DNA of 64,000 nucleotides, counting the filler, from Folioceros fuciformis (lineage: Eukaryota): assembly GCA_049999805.1 (NCBI GenBank). It is 15 parts of 15 records of this genome, joined end to end, with 100 filler letters (N's around TTAATTAATTAA, not from the genome) between each part and the next. Parts side by side here need not be neighbours in the genome. Positions count along the whole stretch, not along the records: positions 36,794 to 44,098 come from JBNGIO010000785.1; positions 44,199 to 47,309 come from JBNGIO010000786.1; positions 47,410 to 54,360 come from JBNGIO010000787.1; 12 more parts are not named here. One strand, given 5' to 3'. The notes beneath the pieces were generated by a model that had not been told where the DNA came from, searched no databases, and saw only the letters and a list, made by a program, of their open reading frames with translations. Positions 39,808 through 52,194 of this stretch are shown here, piece by piece (position 1 is the first letter of the stretch; each line of letters opens with the position of its first letter). The position numbers were made by a program, and so were the translations under genes.

Positions 39808-42006
39808 TCAACTTATAATACACTCGCGCAGACGCACATAGCTACTACCTTCATCAGAAGAGTCATCGTCCTCGTAGTTGTTAAGTTCCTCATCCCTATC
39901 ACCCTCATATTCCATTCCAGAGTAACTCCGTTGTTCCATGTCACTTTGTGCTTGCCGGCGCTGAAGGCGTAAGACATGCATTATCACATCTGGTGTCAGG
40001 TGGAGGTGACCCAGGTCGTCCCTCCGACGTCTGTTTACCTCCATCACCTGCAGAGCGAATGCAGCGATAAATAGTACTATCACGCAACCAACCACTTCCT
40101 TCGTTATACAGGAACAGATTTCCAGCACACAGCCCCTACAAACCAGTATCAACTCAGCCACAAGGAAACAAGACCCTACCCGTTCTGCATCTGCGGGAAG
40201 TGACTGTATCTCTTCAGCAATAGGAGCCCACACTTTCACATGTTTCTCAACCCCACTTGTGGCAAGAATGGTAGCATAAGGATGAGGTTCCAGGCAGTTA
40301 ACCACGTTACTATCACCTCGCATCATCCGGACCAGATGTCCTCCCCTCTTCTTCCAAATGTAGATATGACCACAGTCAGAACCACTGATAACATACTCTG
40401 TATTCGGACCAAAGAAGTTCACACCTTTCACTGTTTTGTAGTTCCGATGGCCTTTGTACACTTGGGGAGCAGGTTTCTCCGGCTCGTTTCTTTTCTCCTC
40501 TGATGAAGGCTTTGGATTTGGTCCCAAGCCCATATCTTTGTCAAACAGGTATATTAGCTCATCATTATAAGAGACCAGGAGCTCCTCTTGCAAAGAGTAC
40601 GCCACACATGTGATGGTAAACGCTCCCGCACGGGCTCCAACTAAATGAGCTGGAGCAAACACGTCAACTGGCTTGTCTTGAGAACTAGTTGCATCGACAT
40701 CCACTCTACGGATGTCATATACCCTGGCATACTCATCTGATCCCCCGACAGAAAAATAGTTAGGATTTCGTGGATTGATTACTATTGCATTCAGGCGGAC
40801 AGTACTATTTTGCCTGCTGAGCTTCGAAGGATGAATAGGGTGGCAGGTGAACAGCTTTGTAGTTTTGCTCTCCCGTAGATCATACTGGAAACCCACAGCA
40901 AGATCAGCAAAGGCAAGCCGACACAAGGTCATGTAAGGAAATCAAGTCAATCAAACATTCCATTGCTCATCGAGAAGAAAGCAGAAACATTCAGGACGCA
41001 CACAAACACCTCATACAGGGGAGTACAACTCGATGTAACTGCATGCATCTTCCATCCTCTTTACCAACCATAGCCTTCCTTCTTGTCATGTACATAAAAC
41101 AGTTGCAACAGATATCCCACACGCCACGTCAAGAATCCCAAGCTACCGACCATCATGATCTAGAGACTGTGCCTAAAGGCGCTGTCAGATATTTGCCCGT
41201 GCACAATATTCATATTACAATGAAAGTTCCAGTAGACAGCAAAACTCTTGTCCTTCATCAGCAGGGATCATGTGGCTGACAGACCCACTACTAACCCATC
41301 AAACTGAGCCAAACTTACATGTTGCACGACTCCATCCTCCCCACAACTGAAGAAAGTGCGAGGACTTCCAGGCTCTATAGCCAACTTGTGAGCACGCTCC
41401 CTGTGCTTCGCCAGTTTCTTGGTTGCTATCTTCCCGTTCTCCAAAATTTCGGCGTGACGAACCTTGCAATGGTAACGCCAAACACATTTGCCTCGTAAGC
41501 AAGATGGTACTAGTACTGTAGGACCTAGTGAGAAAAACCACAAATCTTGACCAGTACCTGGCCATCTGCACCACAGCTGATGACATGTCTATCGTCCGAG
41601 AATGGCATGATTCTGGCCTGAAAGACATTGCTTTCATGGCCTGAGTCATAGTGAAGTCTCTTCGACCTTGCAGCCCAATCCCAAAACACAATGTCCCTAT
41701 CATCCGATCCTGACACTAGCAAGTCGCCGTTCGGACTGAAGTGCACGGTATTTACACATCCCTCATGATACTCCAGGTTAGCAAACTGGTCGAGGCGCTG
41801 AATAAGATCCTGCATCACCAAGGCCAACCTTAGGTTTTAGCAAATCAGCTGAAAAGCCGGAGAAAAACGCCTCCTGAAATTCATTGTTCCTTCTTCCTTA
41901 CCAGACAGCCTCCAATTTTACGCGAAAATGCTTCAGGTCGAAGGTCTCCAATCTGGCGTCGCCATATCTCCTCTTGGCCACTTTGGTATAGCACGGATTT
42001 ACGCAT
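39808..42006 (-). CDS. DCAF8: WD40 protein, DDB1- and CUL4-associated factor 8-like, multi-exon
   Basis: HEGCVNTVHFS, LVSGSDD, GHESNVFQARIMPF, SCGEDGVVQH, SYNDELIYLF, YKGHRNYKTVKGVNFFGP, SGSDCGHIYIWKK and VVNCLEPHP. Confidence 0.9.
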
Positions 42007-45000
42007 TTTTTTTTTCTGTGGTCGAAAAACCAATTCTAGAGCAGAATCCTCCAAACACACGCCACCTAATTTTCCGCAAGGCGAGGCAGCCCGCGAAGCC
42101 CTCATCAACTGGTCACCTCAACCCCACGCAGTCTTACAAACTCGGGCCTCAATGGCCAACAGTCGACCAGCACCACAGGACTCCAATTCGCGCCTCAGTG
42201 GCACCTGAAGCACGAAAGGTTCTGCCACACGCAGATGCATCCTGCTTCGGAATTAAGCTCCAATCCACCGATTCTATCTCAAAACACAATACACATGCAA
42301 CATCAACCGTGTGCAATGCCTTGCCACACAGATCCCCGTCCCTCTGCTAGCTGTCTTCAATCCTGCACCGCTAGAATGCAATCAAGCATTAAAAGTCATG
42401 AAAATGAAAATTTCCATCGCAACCTCCTAACAAGCTGAGCATCCCGCAGACTGCGGTGCATGCAGTGCGGCTCAATCAGTCGGAACAAAGGAAGACATGA
42501 GTTGCAGGCGATGACTGGAACAGGATTGCGCAGACCTGCAGATCCTTTCGCAGCAAGCACACTACGTCAGCCCCAGAGCCGAGCCGAGCCGAGCCCCCGC
42601 GCGGCATGCCATCAGAGGCCATCAGAGGCTGGCGTTCATCTGCCTTCCGCTTCCGGCACGCACCAGAAGAACCAACGTCGTGCGGCGAAAGAGATTACGT
42701 GTGACAGCGTAGTTGCCGCTGATGGCTCCCTCTAACCATGACAATTTGGCAGCGGTGGACTTGTTTATATCCGACTTTGTAAAATTGTTTACACGAAGTC
42801 TGTGTGCTGTTTTAATATTGATTCATGGAGGGCGGTATCCTGTGGACACCGCCCTCCACTCTCGACCGGGATACGGACCGTCTTTTTCGGCTACCACTTT
42901 GTAAACCAGGATTCTACGACATCCTCAAAATTCGTTCGACCCAGATGTGAATTAGCTCCATTAGTTCATCGTTGTTAAGGATTAGTTTCCTTGAGGTAAG
43001 GGTAATAACAAAGTCACCCTCTTCCGCACAGCCAATAGGAAATTACAATGTTGGCTTCCAAGTGCCTTAGACCTTGTCAATCCCTTTCTCAATTTCTGTG
43101 TTAGGACTCTCAAACAAACATATTAATTAAACTCTTTGCAACTTTCTTATTATTGTTGTGCCCTCCCAACTAACTTTAGTTGTTAACCATCTAGCACGCT
43201 AACTTCAACTAGGTAGTAGTATACATTGAGATCTGTGCGCACCACTCATCTTTAAAAGTCTTCTCAACCACACTAATAGCTGTAACAATTCCTAGGAGTT
43301 GTAGATTAAGCAAGTAACACATACCCATACTACAATATAGGCCCTTTGATGACTTTTATGGCGAGGCGTTTATGACATCCATTGCATAGCGTTTCGACTT
43401 GTGTCATAGTTTAGTCTCCTCAATATAGTTGCTTGTACTTTAAGTATGTATATTAATTTTGCCTTTTATTCATTATTCTCTCGGTGATAGATAACATGCC
43501 TCGTCTAGGTCCTAGCGAAGGGTGAATGGATGCATAGCTAGTGACATTTAGGGAAGAAGTTTTTCTCAAGTGAATTATGGGTATTTTCCAATGGTTGACT
43601 TTAGTGCATTGGGCAAAAATAACCCTCTTATTATGCTTTCCAAAGCTTGTGGTCCATTGCGGTTTATCTATACAAGGTAGGAACAATGCTTAGGGGGCAT
43701 GAACAATGTTTAGGTTATGTTTATTGATGGTATGTACTAGTTGAAGCCATAGCCAGGTAGGTCGAAGCATCAGCATTCCAAAATTTGGAATGTGGGACTA
43801 TAGTGATGGAACAATACCTCTACCCTTAATAAGGGCAGATGTATTGTTCCATCAAAGATCTTAATAAGATATTTAACCTTAAATCATCTACCCTTAATTT
43901 TGTCATCGAAGGAGAGAACTAAGTTACTTTCAAGCTTGAGTTTGTTCCGTGCGGGCAACGAGCAACTCTGAAGGTTGGCATTTAGTACTAGAAGGTGGGG
44001 AGTTTGTAAAATTTTCACTTTATAGGGGGTGTTTGTAACCTTTTCACTCTATACATGGTGTTTACAACGTTTTCACTTTATGGAGGGTGTTTATAACANN
44101 NNNNNNNNNNNNNNNNNNNNNNNNNNNNNNNNNNNNNNNNNNTTAATTAATTAANNNNNNNNNNNNNNNNNNNNNNNNNNNNNNNNNNNNNNNNNNNNCA
44201 CATGGCCTGTGTGTTTGGCTGTCTCTGCTCCTCCAGCATTGAACAGTGCTCATCGCTCAACAACTCTTTCATAATCAATCATCCAGTATCTGTAATTCTG
44301 CAGGTCGCTCAGGAGCCGCGATTTGCATAAAAAATGCGAGGATCCCGCGGACTTTTATGCTGTGATTTTCCGGATGGGTCGAGTGTGTGTACCTTCACTG
44401 GTCCATCCACCCTTGTGTTGGCAGGCGTATTATTCACCTATTTTGGGCGCGGCCCCGAACGGCCACATACGGAAGCTGACCGTTTAAATGTATGCGTGTA
44501 CTGTACATTTCTCGAGGCGTCGCGTGTCGTGTGTGGCCCGGGGGCCGGGCCCCCACCACCTCGCACAAGTCACCCACCACGTATCCTTTGACCGTTATGT
44601 GCAAGACGTACACATGTTAGACGCCGCACAGATATCCGTTAAGTTACGTGCGAGGTTTTTGATTCAGCAGTTTGATCCACAGATGGAACATTCCCAACAG
44701 TTTGATCCACAGATGGAACATTCCAAAGCAAAGAATTGTTTGTGGAAACAGGTCGCCAGACTGCGGTGATCATGCAAGCAAGACGACCGACCATGGACAG
44801 CCAGGGACAGGGAACTAGCAAGTTCTGAAAAGAATTCTGCCTTCACTTCAACAGGTAAGCATGTCTGCCTTATTGTTGTATCTCCTCTTCAGGTCCCTTA
44901 CTTTCCTTAGCACACTGTCTTGCAAGTTGGGCTCCGTCTTCTCTCCCCATGATAGCTGGATTTACACACGGTGATGTTTGTGGGGCGTTTGAGTGAGTAT

Positions 45001-46262
45001 GCATCATCCAAGTTGTATCGTATCGATTCACAAGGTTCTCTGCAAGTTGGGGTATGTCATGGTACAGTAGTTGGACCAGCGCACACCACACTAGTATGTA
45101 CTGCCTTTTCTGTCAACTTGGTCAGCAGGTTTGCTGCCAGGTAACCAGAGACATGTACAGCATCCGATTCGTTTGGCCTGAGGTTACGTGAGTCCTCCAA
45201 ACTCCCTCCACGGCAGCCGTCATGCTGCCTCTCCCAAATGATCAGCACTTTGCAAGTAGATACATACATGTACCCAGAAACAGCATCATGTGGCTAAGGA
45301 AACGTGAATCTTCCGAACTCCACCCAACACTGAAGTGATGCCTCATCTGCAAAGTGGTCAGCAGTTTGCTACTCACCACACCACGATCGTTGGCATGAAC
45401 GTATTTATGTAAGTGAATCTTTTCTCCTCTGCAGGTTCCGACTGTTTTATCTACAATCCAGTTTGTTTCAAGCAAAGCTCTGTGAGCAGAAGAAGGACAA
45501 CCAGTTCGTGAGATCCCATTGGACAGCCACCCTGTTTCCTACCCCTCGTATCGGATCGTTGCGCAGCCATACATACTCCTTCCGCAGAAAGGAGGTCTGT
45601 ACTGTACAGGGTTTCAGTTCCAAAGTTAGGCCAGATTCCACAATGTGGGGAGGCCATGTCGAGCGAACTTCATATCTTCCAAGGCACAAAATTTCCATAC
45701 AAAGGGTGGTCCAAGTTGTACATGGCAAGATACATACGTCAGAAGACGCAGTACGTGACATCCTTGTTAGCTTTTTTGCAAGAGCACGTGGAAGGCATGT
45801 CGGAGATATTCCGTGTGCATACATAGAGTATGCAGCTGCTAACATGGTGACCCCTTTTGTAATGCCATGCTGTTTTAGAGCACACAGTGAACCGAGTTAT
45901 ACACGCAGAAGATGTGCGAAGCATCGCATGCTGGTCACCAGGCCAGGAGAGGCTCGACTCATGCCTCGTGAAAGCCACTTTTTATCAACAACTTGGCTCC
46001 TAAACTTTGAAAAAGAAGAAGGTATTTTTCTGCCCAAAAAAGAAAAGAAAAACCTCTTCAAGCATACGGACCCTGCTAAGTGGCGTGAGTTCGATTCCTA
46101 CAGAACACTGCACCCTATGTTCATCTTATCAGAATAATGATGTTATTCCAATCATCCTAGAGGGTATTCCTTTCTTCGTGTGGTCATGGGGTATTAGTGG
46201 ATCCACTTCCCACGTAGTCTTCCTATGCTCCTCAAGAAGGTCATGACCTATATCGACTCTGA

Positions 46263-46452
46263 GCGGACGCCGTCCAGGTCGCGGCAGAACAACAACATAC
46301 AAAGACTCCTGCGCGGACGCCGTCCAGGTCGCGGCAGAAAACAACAACATACAAAGACTCCTGCGCGGACGCCGTCCAGGTCGCGGCAGAAAACAACAAC
46401 ATACAAAGGCTCCTGCGCGGACGCCGTCCAGGTCGTGGCAGAAAACAACAAA
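46263..46452. repeat. 52-bp tandem repeat, about 3.6 copies
   Basis: GCGGACGCCGTCCAGGTCGCGGCAGAAAACAACAACATACAAAGACTCCTGC. Confidence 0.9.
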
Positions 46453-46928
46453 CACCTTGCGGGTGGCGACCAGGCCGGTCCGGTCGTGCGTGGCAGATGT
46501 GTGCCGGAACGTTGGAGCTTGTCTTTCATCGTCACACTGAAGACGGCCAATTGCGTCATCCCTGGAGGTTTCTGCCGTATCTCACTCAAGGCCTGCTCCG
46601 ATCTCATCCGAGTGCGATACTGTATGTACAGTAATCAGCTGTCACACACGTGGTCGTGGTGGGCGGCAACCCGTTCAACGTCAACTTTCTGTTTATGGAG
46701 TGAGCCAGGGCAAGACATCATCCGCGTGGTGGAACTGGTGGGATCCTACAACCGCACACTCCGGCAGGAAGCTGGAGCGAGAACATTTTGGAGCCGCCCT
46801 TGAGGCCGGAGATTGAGTTGGTTCTTTTCTCAGGAAAGACAACAGCAAACTTCCGTTAGGATTCAATTGATTCTTTTCTCAGGAAAGAAGAAAGGGAGCT
46901 TGCGTTCGTACTACAGGCTGCAACGGAT

Positions 46929-47309
46929 TTAGTACAAACGCAGTGGCAACGTGGGGTGCACCATAACTGTCAGAGGCGTCTTCCTCTGCAGCGTCAGACT
47001 GAACTTCTCCTCCATGTCCAGTTGCTCGTGCTCCTTTCCGTCCGGAAGAGACCAGTCGAAGCTGTGAATGAATCGCACCAGCACGTAGTGTACCATAAGG
47101 CCACCCAGTTTATACCCCGGGCACATCCGTTTTCCGATTCCGAAAGGAATGAATGCCAGCTTCTTTATCATCTCCTCCGCGTTGCTCCCCGCAAACCTAT
47201 CTGGGTCGAACTTCAAAGGGTCCTCCCACATGGCTGGGTCCCGACCCATGGCCCACGCCTGAACCATCAGTGTGCAGTCGGCAGGAATATCATATCCTTG
47301 AATCTGCGT
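46929..47309 (-). CDS. Cytochrome P450 (CYP71 clan), 3' part only
   Basis: GYDIP, AWAMGRDP, FDPDRF (PERF-like), haem motif PFGIGKRMCPG and HSFDWSLP. Confidence 0.93.
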   Translation of the reverse strand, partial: TQIQGYDIPADCTLMVQAWAMGRDPAMWEDPLKFDPDRFAGSNAEEMIKKLAFIPFGIGKRMCPGYKLGGLMVHYVLVRFIHSFDWSLPDGKEHEQLDMEEKFSLTLQRKTPLTVMVHPTLPLRLY

Positions 47310-47959
47310 NNNNNNNNNNNNNNNNNNNNNNNNNNNNNNNNNNNNNNNNNNNNTTAATTAATTAANNNNNNNNNNNNNNNNNNNNNNNNNNNNNNNNNNN
47401 NNNNNNNNNTATACTCCTGTGCCAAGAACCCCTGTCACTGCCTAACCAGGTCAGCACGCCTCAGACAGAACCCTCCACTCGTCAAAACTCGAAACCTAAC
47501 TCCGACCTTATCCTAAACCTAACTCTGACCTAACCCGACTCTAACCTAACCTGACCCCGACTTATGGCCCTGGTTGCTCTTATCAAAATTAAACAAACAT
47601 CTCCAAACTTCCAAAACTCACGAGTGCCTTTCGACACCCTCTTCCCCTCTCCGATCCTCTCCTTCCCCTAAGATCATCTGCAATCCTTCAGAGACCCACC
47701 ATCTTCAGACCCTCCAGTCTGTTGGACGGGCAAGGATAGAGGGGTGCATAGGCAACAAGGTGATAATGTCTCCCCTGCGGACCACATTGAGCACGGCTCA
47801 ACGTAATGCAGCCCTTTCAGACTTCACATCACCCACCTCCATCCTTCTCGCCTCCTGCCTATTAGAGAAACACACACATTTTTCCACCTCTGCCTCCCTA
47901 TCCACCTTCCATTCCCCTGGCCAGTCGGTCACCCCGGACAGCCTTAGCTCAAGCAACCG

Positions 47960-50940
47960 CAGCTAACCTGCCATGCGCCCACAAGCCGGCCTCCTACCAC
48001 CTCCTTCCAGATCCGGCTAGCCATACGACACTCTCCTAGCCGATTAGCCCATGCTGCCTGTCCACCACGATCCAGGCCAACCTGCCTGAATCCTGCCATC
48101 CTGCACTGCCAACCCCTGCTCGGGATCCTGCAACCAGGCCACCGCCCGGTTTCCAAATTCGGCCCCGGCCTGCCATGCCCGGAGTGTCCTACCGGCCAGG
48201 ATCTGGCCAAGCCTAGCTCACCCCGCCAGGCCTGCAGATCGATCCTGCCCACCTCCTAGATTTGCAAGGCTGCCTGGCCGAGCTGTGCTGCCTACTCCTT
48301 AATGAGCTCCTGCTGGGCAGCCCAGATCCAGCCACTTGCAGCCGCTGCAGCCCCTGTCTGGCCCAGCCTCAACCAGCCGACCGGCCCTACTAGCCCGACA
48401 ACCGGCTGCTATTGGCCCGGCCATCCTTCAGGCCGCCTGCCGGCCGGCTTGGCCTCCTGGATCTGGCCAGGCACCCAGCCCACAGGATCACCTGCTGCCT
48501 GCTCGAAGCTGGGGCGGGCTGGGCTGCTGGCTAGACCCCTCAGCTGCCACCTCCAGCCAGCAGACTCTCCCAGCCAGATCTCAACCGCCAGCCAGCCTAC
48601 AGTTGGATCATGCCGAGGCCCGCCTGGCCTAGATCCGCCAGCCTCTAGCTATTTGCCTACTGTGCTGGGTCGCCGGCCAGCTACCTACCGCTACCCACGT
48701 TGCTGGACCGCCTGCAGCTCCCTGGCGACCCGACCTTCAGCAGGCACGCCTTGCTTGATCTGCTCCAGCCTGCCTCAACCCGCCGGAGCGGCCTGCCTCC
48801 GACTGGGGCCTCCCTGGCCAGCTAGCCCCTACTAGCCGGCCACCTGCGAGGCCTGGCTGTTCCTCACCTTGTAGGCAACCCATAAGCTTGGCGGCCTGTG
48901 CAGCCCGCCATACCACTCGCCAGGCCGCCTGCCCGGATCCACCTAGCCCGTCGGCCTGCTGGATCCCACCTTGCACTGCAGCCCGATCTGCTAGGCTGAC
49001 CGCTGCCTGCGCTGCTGAGCCGCCTGCCTTCCTCAGCGGTCGTGCCAGCTGCCGCAGCCCCCTCCTTGCCGATTCGCCCAGGCCGCCCACCTGCTTGGCC
49101 TGTGCTGGGCTGGACCAGCCGCCGCCAGCCTACAAACCCCCTGCAGCTTCCTGGCGACCTGAATCGGCCAACCAACCTGCTGCGTTCCGATCTGCCCCTG
49201 CAGCCGGCCAGCGGCCACCCAACTAGAGCCTCACCTACTAGCCAACCCACCGTCACCTGGTGATCCAGCAAGGCGCCTTCTTATCAGAACGCACCTAGCC
49301 AGTCACTAGCCATCATGGCCTGACTCCTGGATCTGGCACTGCCGCAGCCTCGGAACGCCCTGCCGGCCAGAATCCGGCCTATCTTGGTTCCAAGCCTGGC
49401 CTGCCCAGCCAGATCCGCCTGTCATGCACCCTGCCGGCCGCCTGCCATGCAGGATTGTCGAACTGCCGCCTGCAACCCGATCAGCTGGCTGGCCGGCTTA
49501 GCTTCTACTGCCCAGCTCAAGTCCACCCAGGCCAGCTCCTGCAAGCCAGGCGGCCTACATGCTAGCAGCCCGACCTAGTTCGTTCCAGCATCATCCGTAG
49601 CCCACCTGGTGACAGCGCCTACTTGCAGCCTGAATCAACTTGAGGCCCGCCTAGCCTGGACCCGCCTGCAAGGCCGCCTCCAGCCGGCTAGGCTCTCCCT
49701 CCGGCCAAGCTCTCCCGGCCTCCTGCTTCGCTCAGGGCTGAGTAGCCTGCCAGCCGCTTGGGATCCTGCAGCCGCAGGGAGATGGGTCTCCGCAGTTGCT
49801 CCCACTCAGTCCCTGCCCGATCACTCCCGCCCCTGCTGCTCAGCTCTACCCCCCGCTCAGCTCCGGCAGCAGGCCAAAAACCCTGCACATCCGTGCCTAG
49901 TCGTCCCTGAGCTGGGCTCTGATCCTGACGCACCGATCATGCAACTAGCCCCATCCACGCCGGCCAGGATTCGGTGTCTCCTCTAGCCTACCCGCGTTGG
50001 TGCCCCATCTAGCAGCTGCCTGCCAAGTCGGTCAGGCAGCCAGCCACCAGCCTGCCTAGCCTGCTGCGGCCTCGCCTAGATCCACCCCGTCTGCCAGGCC
50101 GCCTGTCGATACAGCCTCTTGGCTGGCTAGATCCAATCGCCCCCCGCCTGATTGATTCACCCAGACCGCCTGCCTGGCCCGACCTGCCGATCCGACACCA
50201 CCGCCCTGCTCCTAGCCGTGACCAGCCAGGTCGCCCAGCCAAGCCGCCTGCCTGCTGCTTGGCCGGCCTGCTAACCTCCAGATCCAGCCCCAGCTGTCAG
50301 CAAGCCGGGCGACTGCCTGGCTAAAACAACTAGCCAGGCAACGAAACAACTAGCCAGGCCGTTGCCTGGCTTCGGGATCCCCCAACCAGCCTGCTGGGTT
50401 TGTCTGCCAGCCAGCAGGTCTTCCACTCGGCTGCTGCTGGCTCGGCCGACCAGCCGCCAGCAAGCCGGGCTAGATGTCCCCCCCACAGCAGGTGCTGATC
50501 CGGCTCCCGTTGTGTTGTTGTTGCCTGGTCAGGTTTGGCGCTTGCAGCGGGTACTTGCCTGCCTGCAGCCGGACAGGGCTGCCAGCCGCCGTCTCGGGCT
50601 GGCTGCTTCGTGCCCAGCCAGCCCTTGTCTAGCCCATCCTCGACCAGCCAGCCCGTCTGCTGGCTGGCTAGATTTGGCTGCCTTGCCACCACAACCCAGC
50701 CTGCCTTGAGCCACCCTACGGTCACCCGGCATGTTGAATCTTGCCTGGGCTTGCAGCCACCGATCCGTCCGCCCGTCAGGATCCATCCTAGCAGCAGGCC
50801 GGCCCGCCTACCGGCCAGGATCCTCAGCCCCGGCCACCCGGCCGTAGGCAAGCCTAGGCACCCTACCTCCATGCCTATGCCCCGGCCACCCGGCCGTAGG
50901 CAAGCCTAGGCACCCTACCTCCATGCCTATGCCCAACCGC
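47960..50940. repeat. About 3-kb GC-rich low-complexity block ending in a 52-bp tandem duplication (50827-50934)
   Basis: Dense GCCAGCC, CCTGCC and GATCC words; the overlapping ORFs on both strands carry no motifs. Confidence 0.7.
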
Positions 50941-51277
50941 CTTCCACACTCTCCTGAGGCCCCAACTCACCCTCACACGCCCGACTTAGGGTTCCACACA
51001 CACCGGCGTCCCTCTCTACGGGCACATCCTACCCCCTAGTAGGCTTCACATTTTCCACGGCCATGAGTTAGCTAGACGATTGTTGTCTTTTTGCACCACC
51101 ACTATCTCCTGATCATCCTATTTAATCTAGCCTTATCTAACATAGTTTCCTAATTACCTCTCCAAGGAATTCTATCAAAACCCCAAAAAAAACAAATACC
51201 ACCCATTTTCTAAGAGGCCTATCTACCATGTGGTCTCCACAATGATCAACCCCCTCTTCAAATTGTGGCTCATTGCC

Positions 51278-51336
51278 AGAAATTCTAGAGGCCAAGCTGA
51301 GGGCTCGGCGCCCTCAGCCTGGCCTCTAGGATTTCT
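51278..51336. other. Long inverted repeat (27-bp arms, 2 mismatches, 5-nt loop)
   Basis: AGAAATTCTAGAGGCCAAGCTGAGGGC-TCGGC-GCCCTCAGCCTGGCCTCTAGGATTTCT. Confidence 0.9.
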
Positions 51337-51361
51337 AACTGGACAATGGCGCAAGGGGGTT

Positions 51362-52194
51362 TATATTCATGTTCTCGTGGACAAGGACTTGCAAGAAGGG
51401 ATGTTCACCTTCGCAATCCCTGGAGCTGATACTCAAGTACAGTATCAGGTGGTGAGCATGAGTGTTATGGAGATGAAAGGATTTCTCTAACCAAGGAAAT
51501 ACTCCCTCCTCGTTATGGATGTGCTAGGAGGCTATGACATGGGCCCTATGGACAAGCGTTTTGATGAGCCGATGATAAGCACAATGTTGGAAAGTTTTGT
51601 TAAGAAGACGATATGTGAAGAATATTGATTGGTAGTTATGCATGGAGTGGAGGATGCCCATACAGTAAGACATGCCCTCTGGAAATGGTGTCGGGCCGGA
51701 GGCGGGACATCGTTTGTCTGGGACAAGGCAAACGTGTCCAACGACAAGGGCGGATCTGAGACTTTGGAGTACATCACAGTGGCTTGGGGTGCCTAGGAGG
51801 GCAGTGGAAAAGATAGAGTATTCATGCTTCATGGAGTATCCCGTCCACCATTCAACAGAGGGAGGTTTGTCATAGTCTATGACTCGGTTGTGAAGAAGCA
51901 GATCTATCTGTTGCACGACAAATGTGTGGTATGCCCGTATCAACGCCCACTGGGTCTTATGATGAAACTTGTGCTCGGTTTCTCGAGGGAAGAGATTAGG
52001 TGGTGGATACTTGCTCTAGCAGCGGGACCACGACACTTGCAGAGCTGCTGTCGGGGAGGAATTGCATCGCAGTTGAGGCGGACTTGAGATGCGCGGCTTA
52101 CATACCTCAATGAATCAATGGCCACGAGGTTCTGCATAATACGGAAGAGGAACTAACGTTCGATGTGCATCGCAGGGGCCCGTTGCAATTCTAG
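51362..52194 (+). pseudogene. Beta-class amino (N4-cytosine/N6-adenine) DNA methyltransferase, decayed
   Basis: Manual read-through gives YSLLVMDVLGGY (motif IV-like, 51500-51535), FVWDKANV, ETLEYITVAW, CPYQRPLGLMMKLVLGFSRE, then after a 1-nt frameshift at about 51992 D*VVDTCSSSGTTTLAELLSGRNCIAVEAD (motifs X-I-II). Confidence 0.8.

Noticed and set aside
43990-44098. About 30-bp repeats resembling a MULE TIR
   Set aside because: Cut by the gap; no partner TIR to confirm.
47944-50909. Many overlapping Ala/Pro/Gly/Arg-rich ORFs
   Set aside because: Expected from GC-rich low complexity; no motifs and no consistent frame.
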